In this document: piece after piece, positions 16,958-30,152 of the stretch
How positions within the stretch are numbered: position 1 is the stretch's first letter
Layout of the letters: each line of letters starts with the position of its first letter
Origin: Kudoa neothunni
Taxonomy: Eukaryota; Animalia; Cnidaria
Direction of reading: 5' to 3'
DNA length: 55,912 nucleotides
Assembly (NCBI GenBank): GCA_964304625.1
Contig: OZ199838.1
Span: 798,681 to 854,592, forward strand
The notes under the pieces: generated by a model
Database searches by the model: none
What the model was told of the DNA's origin: nothing
Seen by the model: only the letters and a program-made list of their open reading frames with translations
Translations under genes and position numbers: made by a program

Positions 16958-19900
16958 TTAACCCTCCAAACGTCTCTGGGATCAATATGATCCCAGGCGG
17001 CATTCAGTCGTATTTTAAACTAGCTTAGAATTCAAATATAGACTTAAACCTTTGGCTATTTTCCTAAAAAATCTTGTTCCTAATAAATTAAAGGTTCTGA
17101 ATGTTGTTTGGAAATAAATAAGTTTTGCAAAAAAAATATTAACATCCCGACTCATTTGGGGTCAATATGACCTTAGTCATTTTTCTCTAAAAACTATTTA
17201 TTCCTTTCTAAACTATAGATTAAATACTTTTAGAAAATTCCATTAATTGAAAATGTAATTTTGTTAAATTAACAGGGAGAAAAACTAAAAAATACTTTCC
17301 CGATGTTGACCGATAATTGCTGATGGGGTAAATTTTTAACGATGAGCGATTTTTTGTCAAATGATGATATTAAGGTTAATGAATGTGATGACGAAATTCA
17401 ATAATTTAATTTTACATCTGAATATCATTTGTATAACGATGAAATTACTGAAAATTTCTATATTGATAAAAATGGATATAAATCGTCGTTTGAAAAGCCT
17501 AGAATAGCGGAATCCAAAATTAATACTCCATTATATCCCAAACAAGTGTCTAATGATATACAAATCGATGAGCTACAGCTGTTTTCTACAATATGATTGA
17601 TGTTAGCTCAAGCAACAAATTTCACATTTACAAGAATATTTTCTCAGATTTATTCTTCTCCAAATTCAAATTTTTGGAACAGTAAGCTGATAGTCTAGTT
17701 AAAAATGATATTCTTGATTACATTTGTATATCGAGCGCCAGAAAATCGACTCTACGCATTCCTACTTTTGGGATCCAATGGACCCCACATTTTTTAGCTT
17801 GAATTATGGATAAAAATGGTAAAAGTAATTTAGTAAAATATTGGAAAACGTTACAATTATAACACCACCTGTTTTTAACGATGATTACAGAAACATTTAA
17901 AAGGTTAAACTAATCATCAAATTAAACGAGTTTAGCCTCTTTTTTAATATAACGGGTTTTAATAAAAAATATATATCATTCCTCATTGAATAGATCATAA
18001 AAATTGTTCTCTTCGTAATTAACTTCTTAATAATCACGCCCAATAACACCCGTAATACATATTGCTCCAACATATATAAGATGCGAGATACTTATATTGT
18101 TTTGGTTTGTGATATTACAAAATATCATACCAACAACTTTTGAATTTCTTTCATTACAGATGATTCTACAAACAAAAAATCCTCGCTTTTCTGTCTCGAG
18201 ATCTCGATCAATAACAGCATTATTCACGACAAACTAATTCTATCATGCAATTATAATTTTTATCAACGCTATTTTTGTTTATCTGAACATAATCCTTCGC
18301 CAAACCATCTTCAAGCTCTTCTAGAAACTTTTCTCTTGAATAATTGAAATCATAGAATACAGTCATATAGATAAAATGAATTAACCAAGCTAATACCAAC
18401 CATAATGAATAATACTGCTATCGACCATTGAATCGTTCACTTTCTTCATTCGTTGTAGCAATAATATGATCCACTGTTTACACTCCTCCTTTTTAACAAT
18501 TATATTCCAGGTTAACAACAGGTTTTGTTAATCTGTATTTTCAACATTTGTAATGAATTGGAGGTTGTTAGTAATAAAATTGCTCTGCCTTTTATAGGAA
18601 CATACGAGATTAGTATTAGTTTTTGATTAACTTCCTAAAGTGGCTAAAAAACAATCTTCGGGGGGGGGGGGGGGTTAAACAAAAATGTACTGAAACTTCC
18701 CGATTTGAATTCTTTTTTAGATAATTTGTAATATCTCTTTTATTATTTCGTATTATTTCAATCATTCCTCATGTAAGAGTTTTTGAGCAATGGAAACAGA
18801 AGTAAAGAAATTTTCACAAATGATATTTCTCCCACTTTCCATGAATGATGACACTGGATCTATAATAATATCTCCTCAACATATTCAGACATTTCATTAT
18901 AATTTTTATCCAAATACAAAGGAATGTTATGAGTGTACTTGGTCTCGGGATTGGTAAGGAGGAAATACTTAATTCGGTATACTGCCGGCATGGGCGGTAT
19001 ATACATATATAGCGCGGAGATAAATTTTCCTTTAAACAAAATAGCTGCTCGTCAATCGTCAATAGTCAAATTCTCCTGGGGTAAAAAAGTTCGGAACGAC
19101 AATCTTTCCAACCTTTAAAAATATTACAAACGGGAAAGAATTTATTCATGATTCCTCAAGCTTCTCTGGTTTTGAATTTTTCTTAATATGTGGCCATTGA
19201 AATTTGAATAAACCTGTTTAATAGCATAATCTTTCGAAAAATATCCCTTCGATTTCAACACTCCAAAGCAATTTGGATTTTTCTAATTAAGATTTAAAAA
19301 TGGGAATACAATTATGTATTCCCAAATTAGCTAATAATCTTGTTTTGAAATGTCTTCAAATAATTCTGATGATTAAAATTGATAATCGTGTTAATGTTTG
19401 AAATAACACTTGAGAAAATCGATTCACCATAAAATATGAGGAACGATTAGCTAAAAAGGTGACTCTGTTTGAAACATAATAAATTGAACCTGGATATTTT
19501 GGAAACTATTTCGTTTAAAGCTATTAGTTATTTGAAGTTTCTCAGAAAACCAAATAACATCATTCTTATCTTCAGAAACATTAGAATGACATAAATATCT
19601 AAATTATCAAAAGATATCGTAAAATTCATACCAAATATTACACTCAGAATCATTTATGTGACTGCGTTTGACTCTCTGGTGATGATCGGTACCTAACGTA
19701 TGATTGGTTTTTTCAATTTTTCTCTGTTTTTTCACGGTAAAATTTTATTTAATTCTCAAAACTATTGTAAATTATTTTTCTTTGTTGTTTGATAGAAAAA
19801 AATGTGGTGTCTATCAGAACCCAAAAGAAGGAATGTGTAAGTATCAAGATTATTTCGTTACCTGAACGTACAAATCAAAATTTTCTGTTACATTTTAATA

Positions 19901-20576
19901 GAACCAATATCTTTATGAAAATATGTGTGTTCTTAAATCGAATGATGTAATATAAGATTCAATAAGATTAATTCTAACATACATTGGGGTCCAATGGAAC
20001 CCAACGAAGCTCGGAAGGCCAAATACAATTAAGTTGATCAAAACGTTGGGACTATGGAGCCTCGTTCTACGTTCTAGTAGGAAAAGATGTTATCTGTTTG
20101 ACTATGTTCATGACAAAAAAAATAAAATCATTCGGTTCGAATGGAAAATTACATTGGGAAACCCAGTCAAAACATACCTTCTCAAAATTCTCCAAATAAA
20201 TCAATTATTACGTTTAAAAAAATATATTAAATTCTTCATTTTTCGTTATAGATGATTAATTTTTTCAACTCTAAAAATATATCTTATTTTATTTTAATCC
20301 AATATTTAAAACTTCATATATAAGAATAGTCATACGACTCAAATTAGTCAAATAATAATATATACACACAATTTTTTGATTTCGGCGTTATTCGTACAAC
20401 CTCGCGGGAGCTATTTTTGGTCATTACTCCCAAGTTAATGATTAGATTTAAGTTTAGTCCCCATAAAATGTCATAAAATATTTTATTATATCATTATTGG
20501 AAAAAAATATCTGGGGTCATATTGACTCCAAAAGAAGGAGAGTGTATTGTCGGTTTTGTGGCGCCGGAAAAATTAA
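16958..20576 (+). mobile_element. Decayed piggyBac element (outer), interrupted by a second piggyBac
   Basis: Left end TTAA-ccctccaaacgtctctgggatcaatatgatcccag; right end ctggggtcatattgactcc...ggcgccggaaaaa-TTAA. Both ends are homologous to those of the 25086-27205 element. Acidic N-terminal relic at ~17330-17560 and RKRCYL relic at ~20080. Confidence 0.7.
17725..20022 (-). mobile_element. Nested decayed piggyBac with transposase pseudogene
   Basis: ENLTIDEQLF catalytic motif at ~19040-19075, followed by frameshifted YIPPMPAVYRIKYF (cf. YxPxKPxKYGIK). Ends are cgagcgcc...gggatccaatggacccc (17730-17786) and ggggtccaatggaaccc-aacgaagctcggaagg (19986-20018). Confidence 0.75.
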
Positions 20577-20975
20577 AGTAAGTCAGGAGATTAAAATAAC
20601 AAATAAATTGTTAAATATTTAGTTTATTAATATCATCCGAATATTATACTCAGAATTCTAATTTAATTCGTCATAATTGAAAAAATTTTACGATGTTTAT
20701 TATATTGAAATATTTCGTTTTCACCAATTAGAATTTTTATTTGCATAATTATAACCTCATAAAATATGTCGTATGCTGTGCCGTAAGGACGTAGAACAAA
20801 TAATAACAGAAAATAATTATATCTGAGAAGGAATGGTCAGTATTTGTCCACTATTCCCAAATAGTTAATATATTAGGAAAAGGATGTCCAAAGAAAATAT
20901 TTGAGAGTAGATTGAATCCTTAATTAATAAAAACTTAATATATTAGGCTTCTACAAATCTTAATTATAGTTACTT

Positions 20976-23875
20976 TTAAAGATTGGCATTGAATTTTTCC
21001 GAATGTGTTAAGGCGAAAATCGCGGGATATTTCTTTTTTAGACCCCAAATTCCAACACCCAAAACAGCCAGAGTCACTACTGCAGCAGTCACTGAGATAG
21101 ATATAATCCTAAAAATGTAATTATAATAAAAATAACCAACAATTACTTTATATTTTTATTAGACCTAAAATCATTAAATGTATCTGGAAAAATTTAATAA
21201 AAGTTACAAAGTAAAGCTGGAGATTTCATTTTCACCTGAATCAATTACTTTAATTTGTTAAGAAATTAATAATATATTAACTTTTATTTATGTTTGCGTT
21301 GCCAAACACGGTTTGGTCATCATTATAATAAACTGTGAGCACGTAATCATCAGTGTCATCGACATTTTCGATTGTGAACTTATTGCATAAAGGAAGCTCT
21401 GACCCACAATCATTTTTATTTGCAATGAAGCAACGTTTTGCAGACACAAACTTGCCGGAAATTATTTTTCTTAATTCCCAAACACACCTCGAATTATCAT
21501 TTTTCAACTGATTGGGCAGTTCAGTTTCCACATTTAGTTTGTCGTCAACACGTACAATTGAAACTTTCATTCTTTTTTCTCGTTCATCGGGATATTCTTT
21601 TATTTTGGCTGATTTTATATAAACATTTTATATTATATAAAAAGAAAAATTTTATTATTTAAAAATAATATTTTTAAATAATAGTATTATATGTTTAGGA
21701 AATATTCATTAAAATTACCAGGATGAATTGTAATGCAATTGTCCAAGGATGGGCTATTTTGATCGATTTGATAAGTTGCACATACAATATACTCTTTGAA
21801 TTCAGCATTTTCGTCTGTGAAATCAAATCTCTCACACGGAACCTGAGGCGGACATGTTTCTCCTGTGCTCGATCTCGCATCCAAATTGATCTGATCGGGA
21901 TCGCTGACCACGCCATTATTTGTTTTATCGGCTGAACAACCATAAATTATATCGTGTGTGTGATATTTTCTGGATTTAACATAAAAACGACATTGCATAC
22001 TACTCTCGTCAGCATAGAGAAAGGTTCCTTTAATTTCAACTCCTTCCTCTGTATAAGTGTAATCAAGCTGGATAGCTCCACTGACTATTAGAAAGAAATA
22101 TAAGAATTTAATTAAATTTGGAAAGATAAAAATATAATTTACAGTTTAAAGACAAATCACTGTATAGTTGGTTGAAAACAAGCTTAATTTCATAATTTAA
22201 AATAGGAATAATTCCCGCAATTTCACGTTCCGCATTGCACATTGCAGGACAGGCTCCACTTTCACATGATGGCTCATAGAATAGGTTGGTGTTTTGGATA
22301 CTTACATAATACACACAATAATCTGGCAAACTTCCCTGACCCATTGATGATATTTTTGGTTTAAGATGCAATGTACTTGATCCTGTATGAGACAAATCTA
22401 GCAATGATGATATCGCCAAACCCCCTTTTATGAAAAACAATTTGCATCTGGAAATTTTTTACAATAGATGAGATATTACCTTTTCGGAAAAATATTTTTT
22501 CTTCATAAATTTCGTAATTATCTATATTTGATTGCATCACTATTATATAAGGATATCCAGCAATAAATGAATGAAACAACACTAGCCGTGAACAAGAGTT
22601 ATCGCACACATCTCCAGTTCCGCAACGTAAGGTGCTCAATTCTTTTGGTATAGGAGCGTCAGCCAAATAATATTTAAATTCACAATTGTTATATTTAGTT
22701 GGTTGGTCGTTGTCCTTAAAAAGTGATGCATCAAGCGTAAATCCCATATCACTATCTCCAGATATCAAACCATTAGAATCTTCTGGATAATTATTCAAAA
22801 CTAAAAAAAATTGACAAATGTTTCTTAAATGAATTAATTATACCATATTTTTTATTTTTATAACCAGAAGTTTCATCACTAAGAATGTGAAATCTATTTC
22901 TTATCAATATCTGAACGACTGAAACTTTTTCCAATAATCGAAGTTGAATATTTCGACAAGGACCATAACACTCTTTTGGATCTGTTGTTTTACCACAGGT
23001 GGTGGTATATGTGTGAACATTTCTATCATCTATTGCAGCTACTTTTCGTATGCTGAAATGACAGATATCTGCTGATATTTGATTTGTGAATCTTAGACTG
23101 TATGTATGCTCCTGCAAAGTCGATTTGTATACCACATCATACTGTGGCATATAAATCTCAATATTCTCTCTCATATACTTGTTTGGTATATAATAGAATA
23201 TATATGGCAGACCTGAACATCTTATTTGGAAATATGATGTCAACGTTCTGAATGAAACATAATATGGATTTCCTGTGATACATTCGTTATAATTAGTTGT
23301 TCCATAGTTGCAGAATTTGTCTCCACAATAAATAGTGCAACCAGGCATTCTATTCTTATACATATAAAATACAAGATTTCTGTAGGTATCGGTCACATCA
23401 ATATTCACTACTGGAACTCTTAATTGTGCTAAACAATAAAGGTACATATCGTCATAGATGAAAGCTTAAAAATACGTATTTGTAGACCATACACTTTTTT
23501 ATTTACTGCACTTGATACTCTGTAGTTTCTTGCGAATATCATGGTGACATATTTTTGCCTTACAGTAGAAATGTCGTAATTAAACTTTTTGCCATGGGTA
23601 CAGTAGAAGTAGTATGAACTTCCGGTACGAAAATCCTGAGACCATGAATATACCGTACCTGTTTCTCCTTCGGTTTTTATAAATTTGCTCATACGACAAT
23701 GTAACGATGCAGAAGGAGGCGATTCAATTTCCACCATAAATTTGTAGTCACCGCGTTCTTTAATAATTTTATATTTTAGATAAGTTTTAGCCTGTTGTCC
23801 ATCATCATTACACTTGATGGAGACAACCAAAACTACAGCGCAATAAATACAGAAGATAATAAATATTATTTACAT
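20976..23875 (-). CDS. Cys-rich type-I membrane protein, paralogue 3 (TAA at codon 2 as sequenced)
   Basis: ORFs 23429-23830, 22791-23447, 22361-22798, 22108-22440, 21687-21998 and 21277-21570 are homologous exons. Start reads M*IIFIIFCIYCAVVLVVSIKC (signal peptide). Last exon reads IISISVTAAVVTLAVLGVGIWGL-KKKYPAIFALTHSEKFNANL*. Confidence 0.87.
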
Positions 23876-25085
23876 TGCAAAATTGTAAATAATTTGTATA
23901 TATTGATTGGGGAAGATATTATTTGAAAGAAGTTCTCACAAGGTTTAATATTTCTTCCAATCATGTCGAAATCAAGATTAAAACATAAAAGTTAGATCCA
24001 CTTGCTTCTATCTTGTTTGAGTTGCGTTATTAGTGAATTGATACTAAATAGTCTTAGAGCTTTATCTAAAGACACCGATTAGTAATAATTATTGGCGACG
24101 TTTATATTTAAATATGTCATTAATATTTTATAATTAATATAAATAAATATTAAAATTTTAAGTATGATTCAATATTTATATGTAGGCTAATTAGTTATTT
24201 ATAACCATATTGACATGACATTACTTGAATTTTTCCATTTAAAAATTGATGTATTTTAAATTAATAGCAATTCTAACTCATTATTCTATTTATTATTTAT
24301 ATTAGAATTTTTTATTTAGTAATATATTATATAACACATTCTTAATTATCAAAAACAAATATATTTTAATTAAAGTATAATAAAAGGTGGATTATCATTA
24401 TTTTAACGTTCGTTGTTGTTATTATGCCGAATATTTCTATATTAATTGTTATTTTATTTTTATTGCAATGCAATTCCTTATCAAGCGGTACTATGATATG
24501 AAATAAAAATTATTAGGTTTACAGAAGGTGAATCCTAAATTTTAAAGCTATTATTATTAGCATATTTTGATCAAAATAATATCACAATTTATTGTTTATT
24601 TAATCAATTTTATATTCTATCAAAACAAAGTAGTCAATAAAACTCATCCCCCATTGTAACCACGAATATACTCTACACCAGTTATCAGTTATAGGTGTTA
24701 ATAGTTTTATCAATGGATATTTAACATAAAATTATTCATAGAAATAATATATTCAATATTATTTATGGAATATTAAAATCTGAAAATAATTATAAAGAAC
24801 TCAAATTATTTGATTTTTATATCGGCTATTTGGTAGGTTGCGCAAGTATTGTTTCGCACCGGAAAAATAAATCATATTTGATAAAATCAACAACTAACTC
24901 CAATTCTTCCTTCTATTTAGAATAATTCACTGCGATTGCTGTTTAAATTTTTCCGCAGTTATTAATTTCATCAGCTTACGATAATTAATCTTACCTTGTT
25001 AATTTGTTAACTAACGTTGTCATTACATTTAGTGATATAATACCGAAGGAATGCGAAATCCGAGTGATATTCAGGGTTTTTAAAT

Positions 25086-27205
25086 TTAACCCTCCGAGCG
25101 CCTCGGACACGACTTTGTACATTCCTTCTTTGGGGTCAAATTGACCCCAGACGCTTCACACGTTAGATTAATGCTAGTTTTTTTAATTATAAAACTTTTT
25201 TTCATGAGAACTAAGAAAAAACTAAAAAAATATGGAACAAATTAATACGACTATACGAGAAATCATTAAGTATAGGGTAGATTCGTTAGGAACAAATGAA
25301 AATTATTCGATCAGAAGAAATTTTTGTGTTTTAAGATTTTATTTTTTCCATCATTTATAAAAATATCATTTCTCGTTGAGCATGGTGCCAATAAAAACAT
25401 TAAACTAACGGACAGGACAAATGCAAATATATGTTGCGAAGTAATTTACTTTATTTAGCAAGATATTTAACACATATATCGTGTGAGTGCTCCTCACAAC
25501 AATTTGTCTTACAGACTTAACAAACAGATCTTGTTTTATTGTCGCGGTTTCTCTCACAGAGGCAACACCTTTTTCTACTTCTGCCTGAACATTCCATAGT
25601 TATCTTTTGCTCTATCTTCTCATTATTCATGTTCAAAAAATCTGCTACAAGACACATGACCGTCCGCGAGCATTTCTAAATACTTCAACCTAGAGCAGTT
25701 AGGATCAACGTATATTCCTTTATAGATACGGAATGAGTTAATCAAATGATGTCAACCATATTATAAAAAAATGCAGTGTACCAACTTTTCGTATATCGTT
25801 TAACACTAATTGTGACAATTATACGGTCAACTGTATCGACATCCCTTTGCACTTGTTATCAAGAAGTATGACCTCAGGTTTTTTAGTAACAAGTATCATC
25901 AACACTTGTATCATAAGAAAACGTTGTTAGAAGCAAAACTGAATTATTTTTTAGGACATATGAAAGTAACATAAACTTTTCATAAAATATAAATCTAGAA
26001 CTGTTTACCTCTCTATTTCGGCCTTTCCTTAAATACTCTGGAATGTTTTTATTGCTACTTCGGATCGTACCAATCATAGTCATCCCCCAATTCAAAGCTT
26101 TTCGGCAACAGGAATAGAGCTGAAAAAATTATCAAATACAATATTTCTGCCACTGTCTTTAAAATTAGCGACAAGCTCCAAAACCACACATTCACCAACA
26201 TTTTTGGCTCTCGTGATTATTTCTTCCCAAGTAGACCGATATATTATAGGTATATTTTGTATCAGGATCGGTGAGAAGGAAAAATTTTATACCGTAAAGA
26301 GCAGGTTTTGATGGCATGTATTGTTTAAAATAATTCTTACCCCTAAATGCAACAGGTCTCGTCGACGATCAAATTTTCTCCGGGAATAACTGATTTTGAA
26401 ATTTGGTCTTTCTAGCGATCAAAAATCTCTCGCAATGCGAAAAATTTATCTGACTCATGTTTCGCTTACCGAGTTTCAAAGTTATCGAAAAAACAGACCT
26501 TGATATCTGAAAAAATCTTTTGAGTGACATTATTTTTCTGAATATACTTCTCCTTTTGTCAACATTACAAAGTAGTTTTAAGTATTCTAATTTTGATTTA
26601 AATATGTGCATATAAATTAATAATCCAAGATAAGCTTTAAATTCTCCTATTTGTATAGATTTCCACTCATTATTGTAACAAAAAATCCAAATTTGTTTGT
26701 GTTAGAAATCACACTAGAAAAAAAATAGTGTCAAAAAATATCAAGAATGTATCCGATATTTCTTTAATTTATGTTGATGCGTAGGCAATTAAACTGGGAT
26801 CGAATGAAGTGTTTTTTAACTTTGTGTTTTTGTGATCCTTGGTACAAAGGAGAATCAAGCGATTTCATTTTTGCGTTATTTCGTCGTCAGAGATGTCGGA
26901 TTCTGATGTTGAATCGAATAATTGTAGATTGTCGTCTATTTTACTTGCTTTAAAATCATTTCTGGACAGAACTCATACTCAAAATCGATTATTTTCAAAA
27001 TGTATTTCCCCGCCGATTTTCACGAATTTTCGTAAAGTAACTTGTTGGTGTTTATTCTTTATATTGTAAGATAATATCCTCTTATAATTTGATTTAATTT
27101 AAACAAAATATTTTTCTTGAAGACATAGAGCATGTGTTTTTTTGTTCCCTAAAAAAATAGACTGGGGTCAAGTCAATTTGACCCCAAAGACGCTCGGAAG
27201 ATTAA
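25086..27205 (-). mobile_element. Full-length decayed piggyBac transposon
   Basis: TTAA at both ends; TIRs ccctccgagcg/cgctcggaaga; internal palindrome ggggtcaaattgacccc at both ends with asymmetric spacers. Transposase fragments include IMSLKRFFQISR, YMPSKPALYGIKF, GRNIVFDNFFSS, MTMIGTIRSS, VLLLTT and a C-terminal Cys cluster. Confidence 0.92.
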
Positions 27206-27236
27206 AACAATTGTTTTTATATTCAACTTTTTTGGG

Positions 27237-27400
27237 TTAAATCCTCTTATTAACTGAAAAATTTACACCCTCCAAATAATGGGATAGAAATCCACCTCAT
27301 TTTACTTAGAGAGTTAATTGAAAATTTCTCATTTTTTTAAATTTAGAATCTGAATTGTTTTTTGAAATAGTGAACGGTAAATAATTTTAAATGCAATTTT
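27237..27400 (-). mobile_element. Terminal fragment of the ~940-bp TTAA MITE family
   Basis: ttaa...ctgaaaaatttacaccctccaaataatgggatagaaatccacc is similar to the reverse complement of the right ends at 31005-31070 and 41385-41453. Confidence 0.55.
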
Positions 27401-27430
27401 GATTAGGTGTGCATGTGCTTATTAGATGTG

Positions 27431-27671
27431 TTAACCCTTTGGGGACAACCTTAGGCTCCATGAGCACATCAACTAGTCTATATTAATAATTTTGTTATAT
27501 TTTATGTATTTTCGTCATAATTCCACCTGATTTTTAAAAAAAGTATTATTTATCGACGAATGTAATAAAATGGGTAAAAGTCCCGACGAAAATTCTCCAA
27601 ATGTGACGAACATAACTTGAAAATAATATCAAGGTGACACATGGAGTCCATGGTTGTCCTCAAAAGGTTAA
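27431..27671. mobile_element. 241-bp piggyBac-type MITE
   Basis: TTAA-ccctttggggacaaccttaggctccatg ... catggagtccatggttgtcctcaaaagg-TTAA; imperfect ~35-bp TIRs. Confidence 0.85.
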
Positions 27672-27731
27672 TTCAGGAAATGTTCATTCCAACAGATCAT
27701 AAATTTAAGGTAAGTGTAGTTTGGACTGTGT

Positions 27732-28828
27732 TTAACCCCTTCTGTTCGGAGCGAAAAAAATTCCCCCGGCCTCAGAAAAAAACTGTCTTAATGATATTTA
27801 ATTTCTTAATGTCATGTTTTTTTAAAACTATTTAGAAGATGTTCTGCAAAATAAATTTAAAATTTAATTGATTATGGTACATTAGTAGGCTTCAAAACAG
27901 AGTCCCATAATGTATCAATATCGGCTATTTAAAATTAAGAATGAATTTAATGATACAAAAATTAAAATTAAACATATTCTAACTGAAAACAAAGTAACTT
28001 TCTAAATGATAACTACTTTAAGAGAAGAACTCATAGGTAAAATTGTTCAGAGCGGACAGCATGATCTTATCAAATCGGAAACAACAAATTAACAAGTAAG
28101 GATTAAATTGAATAAAGGTGCCTTGGATCTAATGAGTAATTTAACATAATTTTTAAAACATATATAAGGTAACGTTCAAACTAAGTATATAAATTTGGTT
28201 TGTACATCCCTTTTTGTCAGACAATTTTCTATTTGAAAACATTAGATATATCGCATTATTTATGTGATGTAATCTTTAATTTTTTCTGTATTTCTCCGTT
28301 TAAAAAATTCTATCTAATAAATTTAAAAATATCAGAATTAGGTTTTCATAATTATAAAGCTAATTAAAAAAATCCACTATATTTAAAATACTCCATTGAG
28401 TCTCTTTAAAAATCATTAAAATTAAAAGTTTTACAAAGGAACTACCCACATCCTTCAAATGACAAGCTTATAATAATGAGAAGTAAATATGAAATTAGTT
28501 AAGTTATTTTGGCATTTAGACTCAGAAAACCGCGGTGAAATTCTGTGATATGCTAAAAACCATTATTTAATAAATTAAATATTACATCATATATATCTAA
28601 ATCTTCAAATATAAAAGAAAAATATACTTTTGTCTGTAAAGCATAAAAATTATTAAATTAACCGATATGAATTTTTTAAAATGTAATATATTTACACCGA
28701 TTAAATTGCTTAAGTTTTTTAGAAGGATTCCGAAATTTATGGATTATTCGAATTTGTCTATCCAAAATTATGTTCAAATTAGTCGGATTTAGGTTCCACA
28801 AGGACCCCACTCCGGACAGGAGGGTTAA
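27732..28828 (+). mobile_element. ~1.1-kb non-autonomous piggyBac/MITE, copy 1
   Basis: TTAA-ccccttctgttcggag ... ctccggacaggaggg-TTAA. Core 27773-28770 is the reverse complement of 34445-35443. Confidence 0.9.
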
Positions 28829-28924
28829 TAAATTTTGGTTCATCGCCCCCTCTTTTGACGAAAAAAATAATTAAATAAATTATATTCTAAATAATTAATT
28901 TTTAATGAAAATAAAAATGGGAAT

Positions 28925-29003
28925 TACTGGGATTAGATATGAACCCACGCAAGCGTATATGCTAACCGGGAATAAAATACCCGCAAAAATAGCCACTGAG
29001 ACG
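28925..29003 (-). pseudogene. Degenerate tRNA-like (Leu/Ser-type) relic
   Basis: Minus strand reads ...cagtggcta...gcgggtattttattcccg...gcgtgggttcatatc...cccagta. It has a B-box-like motif and hairpins but no complete cloverleaf. Confidence 0.25.
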
Positions 29004-30152
29004 TAAATATACTTTTTTATTATGCGTCAGAAATCAATGTCTGATATTAACTTAAAAAAAATAATTATTGTTTTTCTCCTATGACATACGAAGGATTGGC
29101 AGACGCGATCACTAAATATAAAGCGATTAACAAAAGAAAAAATTTACAAAAAAGGATTGACAATAGTTAGCACTAATAATTAATAAAATATTTTGCATGA
29201 GAAATCAAAACGAATATAATTTTTTAATATATTCATGCAAACGAAGAATTATTTATTTGACCTGATATGTTAGATTTGATTTCGTCTGTCAGTATTCTGC
29301 AATACAAGTCTCAAACATGAAAATCGCGAAAATTAATGACGATTATCGTAAATTATATATAAATGACTCCCGAATAAATAGTAAAATAATAAAAATTTTT
29401 ACATTTTTAAATGAATAATCTTTACGAATAGTTAACGTTAAATAGTTATATATATATATATATATTATGGACAATATAAATTAAAACAAAAATATGAAAG
29501 ATATCTAATCTATGAGTGATTAAAATTAAATGCAGCTAACTTTTGATATTGCGTAACTTCATGCAATCAAGAAAAGATCACGCGATAACAAAAAATTCCG
29601 CAATACCTAGACCCGCACATTCACAAACAATACATATAATAACTTTTTTGAATATTAGTTAATTTTATGGATTTACAACGTTTCATTGATCATTTAATGT
29701 AATAATTGATTATAATCAAATTTAACATATGAGTAATCAGCAGCAGAGCAGTATGGCGCCATCGCCTTCAAGCTATGTCTTGGGGGTTCAAATCCTTCTA
29801 AAACTATTCATTTCGTCACAATATTTGTTCCCCATTTTATCTTCAATATTTCTCTGAAAGAGAGTCTCATTCGGATTTTATTGCAAAGCATTTTGAAGCT
29901 TAAAAATAGTAAAATCATCAATTTTTGTTACGCAATAACAAGAACATCATGTTTGCCTCTTTCCCACTTTTTTACTTATATAAAATAAACCCGTCAAAAA
30001 AGGATTCCTGATTTCATATATTATTATTTTCTTTATTAAGACAAAATTATCAAAAAATATGTTAAAATAGACCACATTACAAAATATCGAGTTATGCGGT
30101 ATCAAGATTTTACTGTACATAGTAAAAATATCAAAAACATTATCCCGTACTA

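Noticed and set aside
23870-23875. TAA reassignment suggested by ATG-TAA and an internal TAA in paralogue 2
   Set aside because: TAA is the natural terminator of SMNDC1 and of all three paralogues at homologous positions.
29755-29800. tRNA-Sec or UCA suppressor tRNA (cttcaa loop)
   Set aside because: The loop is only 6 nt, the stem is mismatched, and there is no long variable arm or acceptor stem.
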